From: an uncultured archaeon
GTDB lineage: Archaea > Thermoplasmatota > Penumbrarchaeia > JASLWR01
Reading direction: 5' to 3'
NCBI GenBank assembly: GCA_964423515.1
Contig: CAYRFL010000001.1
Span: forward strand, 1 to 64,000
DNA: 64,000 nt
Shown here: one piece after another, positions 59,362 through 64,000 of the stretch
Numbering within the stretch: position 1 is the stretch's first letter
How the letters are laid out: every line of letters starts with the position of its first letter
Notes under the pieces: model-generated
The model's database searches: none
Told to the model about the DNA's origin: nothing
The model's input: only the letters and a program-made list of their open reading frames with translations
Translations under genes and position numbers: made by a program

Positions 59362-60534
59362 CTAAGATCGTTCTCTCCTTCGAAGGAGAGCCACGGTGAA
59401 AAGTACTAAAAGAACGGCGAGGGCCTCGATGATGCCGAAACCGGGGAGCATGCTCCTCTGGCCCCCCTTTCCCACATCCGCTCCATCCTTCGCCATCTGG
59501 AAGTCCATGACAGTGGTTATATTATTATTGGCTGCATCCGTTGCCGTTATGGTTATATTGTAATCTCCCTTCCTGAAGTCCTTCAGGCTGGCCTCGAAAT
59601 GATGCCTGTACTCACCCCCATCATTGACCGGGTTGGAATCGTCGACCTTTGCGAACTCGTATCGCTCGTCATCGTCAACAATCTCGTCATCATGGCGGTT
59701 GACGACGAAAAAGACATCCTTGAAATCGCTGTTATCGTAGAGATACAGATCTATGGCATCCCTGTCCTCATCGTAGTAGGGGGGCGAATCCTCCCTGAGG
59801 ACCGGACGCCTGTTCTCACCGGCGATGATGAAGCTACCCGCTGCCTTCTTCTCGTTCTCCCCCGAATCTATGGCGCGGATCTCATAGAGTATGGGAAGGG
59901 GGCCCGTTCCGTTGGACTGCTTCGCCACTATCCTGCCAACTATATCACGCGGCAGGAGGAATGAATAGGCGCTGTTACCCGATTTTTTCATCTGATAGGT
60001 GGTTTTGATGGGAACGATGCCGCTGCCCTGAGGAAATGTGACTGTGCACGTCTCTTCCTCGAGGCGGTAATTGTCACGAATGACCGCCCTTATCTCGACG
60101 GTGTCCGCGGTGGCGTTGAACTCCTGCATATCAAGTGTCCGATCCTCCAGGATGGGATCTGCAAAGTCGGAGAAAGGAGGGTTCAGAGAGATGATGACCA
60201 CCGCAAGCCAGGCCAGGGAGAATGCGAAAACGAAATTGAACCAGCTCTTCTTGTTCATGGAATTGAGGTCGACCTTGAACCGGGGAAGTATGAGGTAAAG
60301 TGCAGCCAGACCCAATGCTCCGGGTATGAATATGATCTGCCACGTATCCTGATAGAAGAAGAAGATGAGGAATGTTAGCGCTCCCATCACCACGGCCCAA
60401 CCGACCGATACGAAGACCCCCTTTCCGATACTCACCTGTTCTTTAAGGTATTCCGTCTCGTCGAACTCGGGAAGTTCGAAGGGAACGTCCTGTTTCATAT
60501 CCTTGTATTTTCTCTTGCTCGCCAATTTGGTCAC
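59362..60534 (-). CDS. Polytopic membrane protein (3 N-terminal TMs), extracytoplasmic domain, C-terminal PGF-CTERM-like archaeosortase sorting signal
   Basis: C-terminus 'LPGFGIIEALAVLLVLFTVALLRRRERS' is PGF plus a TM helix plus a basic tail. N-terminal TMs 'VFVSVGWAVVMGALTFLIFFFY', 'IIFIPGALGLAALYLILP' and 'WFNFVFAFSLAWLAVVIISL'. Confidence 0.55.
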   Translation of the reverse strand: MTKLASKRKYKDMKQDVPFELPEFDETEYLKEQVSIGKGVFVSVGWAVVMGALTFLIFFFYQDTWQIIFIPGALGLAALYLILPRFKVDLNSMNKKSWFNFVFAFSLAWLAVVIISLNPPFSDFADPILEDRTLDMQEFNATADTVEIRAVIRDNYRLEEETCTVTFPQGSGIVPIKTTYQMKKSGNSAYSFLLPRDIVGRIVAKQSNGTGPLPILYEIRAIDSGENEKKAAGSFIIAGENRRPVLREDSPPYYDEDRDAIDLYLYDNSDFKDVFFVVNRHDDEIVDDDERYEFAKVDDSNPVNDGGEYRHHFEASLKDFRKGDYNITITATDAANNNITTVMDFQMAKDGADVGKGGQRSMLPGFGIIEALAVLLVLFTVALLRRRERS

Positions 60535-60933
60535 CTTCCGAGAGGGAACAGTGATGATGCGAAATGTCGCTATGAGACCTGACCGCCCGCTCTGCGCCGG
60601 TTACAGGGGCAGATTGGAATTCGGTCCGGTCCAATTATCGATTCCCCCACAGCAGATATACTCCGCCGGATGGGAGGTCATCCGTATATGCCAACCTTAT
60701 TATTTAATGTGTTATGCTTTTTCATCATCTAAGAAATTCAAAGCATCCAGTCGTTTTTTCTTTTATACATTCCGCAATCCCTTATCGACCGCAGGGAGCC
60801 TATCCCGAAGGGATGATGGGGGGTTGGTGGGTACCGCATTTTCGCAGAAAATGTGGTTTTCCACGGGCATACGCCCTCTATATCAATGTGAAGATGATAC
60901 CGATGGCCATAACCTCTCTGCAAGCAAAAAATG

Positions 60934-61054
60934 CTTTACGATATGCTATGCTCTCCTTACCGGCGGAAATACACTTTACGATATGCTATGGCCGACCTAC
61001 CGGCAGAAGTGTAATTCACGATATGGTAAGGTCACTCTACCAGCGGGAAGCTCC
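60934..61054. repeat. Three imperfect tandem repeats of about 40 bp (core TTACGATATGSTAWGG...TACCRGCRG) at the agmatinase 3' end, in the upstream region of the 4-gene minus operon
   Basis: Unit 1 is 60934-60973. Unit 2 is 60974-61015. Unit 3 is 61016-61054, more diverged, and overlaps the last agmatinase codons. Confidence 0.7.
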
Positions 61055-61949
61055 CCCGATACGCCATGGCCTCCCCGATCAATCTGCATGCCAGTGCCGA
61101 TGTGTTCCCGTTGTCGAAGGGAGGGCATATCTCGACGACATCCATTCCCACGAGCCTTTCGGCGATCTTCTCTATGATGGCCAACACATGCAATGGGGCC
61201 AGACCGAAGGGCTCGGGAGTACCCACTCCCGGCGCATACGCGGGATCTATCCCGTCCATGTCGATGGTCAGATATACCGGGCAATCCCCTATGAAATGAT
61301 CGATGGCAAGCAGTGCTTCATCCAGTCCACCTTCCAGGATCGAAAAGCTATCGATCCATCCAAGGCCCATCTCCTTGGCCTCCCGGAACTCATCCCTATC
61401 GAAGGATCTGACACCGACAGGAAGTACGGATCCCATACCGACGACGGCGCTCGCATTTCGCATGGCGGAGGCATGGGAATTGGTCTCCCCGAGGTATGAT
61501 TCTCTGAAATCCAGGTGAGCGTCTATTGAAACGACCTTGATGATCCCACTGGCACGTTCCGTATGATTCTTACAGACCTCCCTCAGAACGAAGGGGGTTA
61601 TACTGTGCTCTCCGCCCAGGACGATGGGAAATGCCCCCGCATCGGCGATCTCCGTGAAACGCTCCACGAGGAGGTCCGATAGATCCGAGAAGTCCGTGGG
61701 ATGGATGGTCCCGATATCGCATATCTTCACGTCCCTCACATCGAAATCCTGTCGGAAATGATACGTCTCGATGTTGTAGGACTCCTCCCGTATCGAATGG
61801 GGCGCCTTTGAGGTTCCCTTTCTGTGAGAGACTGTTTTCTCGAAGGCAACACCCAGTATTGCGTAGTCCGCGTCTTCCAGGATCGAATCCGCATCGGCGT
61901 ACAGAAGGGAGCCCTTCCCGGGCTCCATCGACAGTTCGTTCTCACACAA
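61032..61949 (-). CDS. speB: Agmatinase (ureohydrolase/arginase family)
   Basis: Mn-binding motifs 'GGEHSITPF', 'VSIDAHLDF' and 'TIDMDGIDPAYAPGVGTPEPFG'. Confidence 0.85.
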   Translation of the reverse strand: MCENELSMEPGKGSLLYADADSILEDADYAILGVAFEKTVSHRKGTSKAPHSIREESYNIETYHFRQDFDVRDVKICDIGTIHPTDFSDLSDLLVERFTEIADAGAFPIVLGGEHSITPFVLREVCKNHTERASGIIKVVSIDAHLDFRESYLGETNSHASAMRNASAVVGMGSVLPVGVRSFDRDEFREAKEMGLGWIDSFSILEGGLDEALLAIDHFIGDCPVYLTIDMDGIDPAYAPGVGTPEPFGLAPLHVLAIIEKIAERLVGMDVVEICPPFDNGNTSALACRLIGEAMAYRGSFPLVE

Positions 61950-62000
61950 AGACTATCCCTCCTCTTTTCCACTTGAACTCGGGAATTCCATTGACTCGTC

Positions 62001-62072
62001 CAACCGTCATATCCCATCCAATCGTCATATCCCATCCAACCGTCATATTCCATCCAACCGTCATATAACATC
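62001..62072. repeat. Four tandem 18-bp repeats (CAACCGTCATATCCCATC and variants) immediately upstream of the agmatinase start
   Basis: Units: 62001-18 caaccgtcatatcccatc. 62019-36 caatcgtcatatcccatc. 62037-54 caaccgtcatattccatc. 62055-72 caaccgtcatataacatc. Confidence 0.85.
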
Positions 62073-62104
62073 CAGTTTCGGTGTTTGGATCATTTGTGAT
62101 CTCA

Positions 62105-63358
62105 TCACTTGTTCATGGCATCCACCACCCTGAGCCGGGAAGCCTTCAAGGCCGGGATCAAGGCGAAGAAACAGCCGACTACCAATACATAGGCAAGGCA
62201 TTTAACAACGAGAGAAAGGGTAAATGACGTGAAGTCGAGATCCAGACCGTATTTTTCCGACATGAAGGAACCCATATATTCCGAACCGAAGTAGCCCGGG
62301 ATTATTCCCAGAGACGCACCCAGGAAGATGAGTATCAGTGATTCAAAAAAGATGCTTCCAAATATCGTTCTTTTCGAGATGCCGATGGCGCGAAGGATGC
62401 CGATGTCCTTCTGACGCTCGTAAATGCTGATTATCATGATACAGGCTACGAAGAGCAGCCCGATCACAAGAGATACCGAACCGGCTGACGTATAGAAGAT
62501 ATCGGCGATATCACTTCTCTCTTCCACCCTTGTCAACCTGTCGTTCTTGGTCAGGACCATGAAGAGGGGATATCTCTCCTTGATGGAAAATGCTATATCA
62601 CCTATATCCCCCGAGGTCTTCCTGTCCTCGTTCACCGATATGATAATGGAAGATGAACGGTCGTCCACCTCGCCAGTATCGGTGAGCAGATGTGCCCCGA
62701 TCAGGGATTGAAGCTCGCTGAGATGCAGCAGGACGATACCTTTGATCACCATACCGAATATACCCTTGCCGGTCAGGGGGGTGGTAAAAGTGCCTTTCAC
62801 CGTGAAGTTCCTCTCAACCGTACCGCTCTGACCCAAGAGCAACATATCTCCCGTCCCGGAGTCGAGAGATTCTGAAAGATGGCTGCTGATCAGGGCCTCT
62901 CCCGTGAAACTGCCGTTATAGGAATCGTTGAAATAGGGATCTTTCCCGGTACCGAACCATTCGGCAAAGCTCATCTCGAGGCCGAACAGGTCCACTTTCC
63001 GGTCCTCCGACATGAAAGCTTCCATCTTCTCAGGTATGAAACCGATGGCGATTATCGGATACCATTTTTCCCCGTGGCGAAGTCCCACGGAGGATACCAG
63101 TACGGGAGCTGCAACGGAGATGTTCTCGGCGTCCTCCTCGAGAATGGAGGTGAGCCTTCTCGTGTTCCTGATGCCTCCCCGATAACCCACTGCGGTGATG
63201 ACGATGTCCTGATCGCTCTCCGCGAGACTGCTCGTTTGCCTGGACCTCATACCTTCGGTAATGGACAGCATAGATATCAGGAGCGAGGTGGATATCATCA
63301 CCGCCGTGATCGTCAGAATGCTGCGGCCCGGTCTCTTGATAAGAGAGTTCAACAACAT
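62105..63358 (-). CDS. ABC transporter permease, FtsX/MacB-like (4 TM plus large periplasmic loop)
   Basis: N-terminus 'GRSILTITAVMISTSLLISMLSITEG' and C-terminal FtsX-type TM triplet with 'ILRAIGISKRTIF'. Confidence 0.75.
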   Translation of the reverse strand: MLLNSLIKRPGRSILTITAVMISTSLLISMLSITEGMRSRQTSSLAESDQDIVITAVGYRGGIRNTRRLTSILEEDAENISVAAPVLVSSVGLRHGEKWYPIIAIGFIPEKMEAFMSEDRKVDLFGLEMSFAEWFGTGKDPYFNDSYNGSFTGEALISSHLSESLDSGTGDMLLLGQSGTVERNFTVKGTFTTPLTGKGIFGMVIKGIVLLHLSELQSLIGAHLLTDTGEVDDRSSSIIISVNEDRKTSGDIGDIAFSIKERYPLFMVLTKNDRLTRVEERSDIADIFYTSAGSVSLVIGLLFVACIMIISIYERQKDIGILRAIGISKRTIFGSIFFESLILIFLGASLGIIPGYFGSEYMGSFMSEKYGLDLDFTSFTLSLVVKCLAYVLVVGCFFALIPALKASRLRVVDAMNK

Positions 63359-63359
63359 C

Positions 63360-64000
63360 TCACACCCTCCTTATGGCTGTTATAGGGGGTATCTTTCCCG
63401 TGAAATAGGAGGGGAATACACTTCCCAGGACGGATATCAAGAACGCATATAACGTCACTTTTCCGATCACCAGTGGCGTGATCTTCGTTATCTCTATGCT
63501 TGCAGGTATCGAATCGTAATATGTCAGGATCATGAAATCGACTATATGCGTTCCAACGAAACCCAGTATCAGTCCCAACAAGTACCCGAGGAGACAGAGG
63601 AGGAAGGTCTCGGCGACGAACATTATGATTATACTCTTGTTCGGGATGCCTATGGCTTTGAGAATTCCTATCTCATTTGTTCTCTCCTTTACCGATATAA
63701 CCACCACCGTTGCCACGAATATCACGGATACCACGGTCGTTATAATGGTGATCATCTCTCCGAAACTCTTCATTACTTCGGAAAAATGGATCAGATCCGC
63801 CTCGTATTCCTCCTTCGTGTACGCCGAGATCTTTCCATGGTAGGGAGACTCTTCATCGATCCACTTGCTCGTTGCCCCCGGATCCGCTCCATCCCGTAAC
63901 TCGACGAATATCTTCGTGGCACCGTCGAATTTCGTCAGTCCCAACATATACTGAAGCTCGCTGAGATGTACGATGCAGCTCAACATGTCCCTGGTCTCAT
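63360..64000 (-). CDS. Second FtsX-like ABC permease. C-terminal part only, as the gene continues beyond the window end
   Basis: 'ILKAIGIPNKSII...' FtsX C-terminal TM region. The ORF is open to the window edge. Confidence 0.65.
   Translation of the reverse strand, partial: ETRDMLSCIVHLSELQYMLGLTKFDGATKIFVELRDGADPGATSKWIDEESPYHGKISAYTKEEYEADLIHFSEVMKSFGEMITIITTVVSVIFVATVVVISVKERTNEIGILKAIGIPNKSIIIMFVAETFLLCLLGYLLGLILGFVGTHIVDFMILTYYDSIPASIEITKITPLVIGKVTLYAFLISVLGSVFPSYFTGKIPPITAIRRV

Noticed and set aside
48599-63986. Idea that the MacB-type ABC ATPase (48599..49246) and the two FtsX-like permeases (62105..64000) form one transporter
   Set aside because: They are 13 kb apart, with unrelated genes between them. 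They may work together in trans, but nothing in the sequence links them. The permease's cognate ATPase may lie beyond the window end.
1-64000. CRISPR arrays, rRNA genes, integrases and phage structural genes
   Set aside because: I looked for regularly spaced direct repeats, rRNA-like conserved blocks and tyrosine/serine recombinase motifs. Only the short tandem repeats listed above and the IS200 element were found.

Overview
This 64 kb window is a high-GC archaeal chromosomal segment, probably from an uncultivated Thermoplasmatota/Euryarchaeota-like archaeon. The lineage call is an inference from gene content: PAN proteasome ATPase, archaeal Pth2, exosome Csl4, Lhr helicase, archaeal-type HAD phosphatase, a PGF-CTERM tail, an intron-containing tRNA, and a tungsten/molybdenum-type aldehyde:ferredoxin oxidoreductase.

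Housekeeping genes present (rpe, mvk, aor, lhr, pan, a NUDIX hydrolase, a PpsA-like dikinase, a MOP flippase, a Drg/Obg GTPase, a phosphoribosyltransferase, XdhC, Pth2, Csl4, a HAD phosphatase, an ABC ATPase, agmatinase and FtsX-type permeases) are interleaved with an unusual number of very large cell-surface or scaffold proteins:
- two beta-helix+PKD adhesin-like proteins (1066 and 1352 aa);
- a 2021-aa protein made of about 17 CARDB/NEW3-like repeats with a cytoplasmic Zn-ribbon;
- a 1456-aa SPFH(band-7)-coiled-coil 'giant flotillin-like' protein;
- a 1949-aa membrane-anchored protein with an embedded C39-like (papain-fold) cysteine peptidase domain.

The C39-like giant converges on a 4-gene minus-strand operon: a polytopic membrane protein with a PGF-CTERM-like tail, a LEA_2-like protein, a transglutaminase-like Cys-protease with a cytoplasmic Zn ribbon, and a HEAT-repeat/Gly-Lys-repeat/SHOCT protein. 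That cluster is my top candidate for an undescribed surface-protein processing system.

Other elements:
- a solo IS200/IS605 tnpA element with TTTAGG-loop subterminal hairpins;
- an MNT-type nucleotidyltransferase + HEPN pair lying between a 26-bp repeat copy and a pseudogenised adhesin paralogue fragment;
- tRNA-His(GTG) with an encoded G-1;
- an intron-containing tRNA-Met(CAT);
- several tandem or palindromic intergenic repeats;
- GC-rich hairpin clusters that may be ncRNA or terminators.

No CRISPR array and no rRNA were seen.
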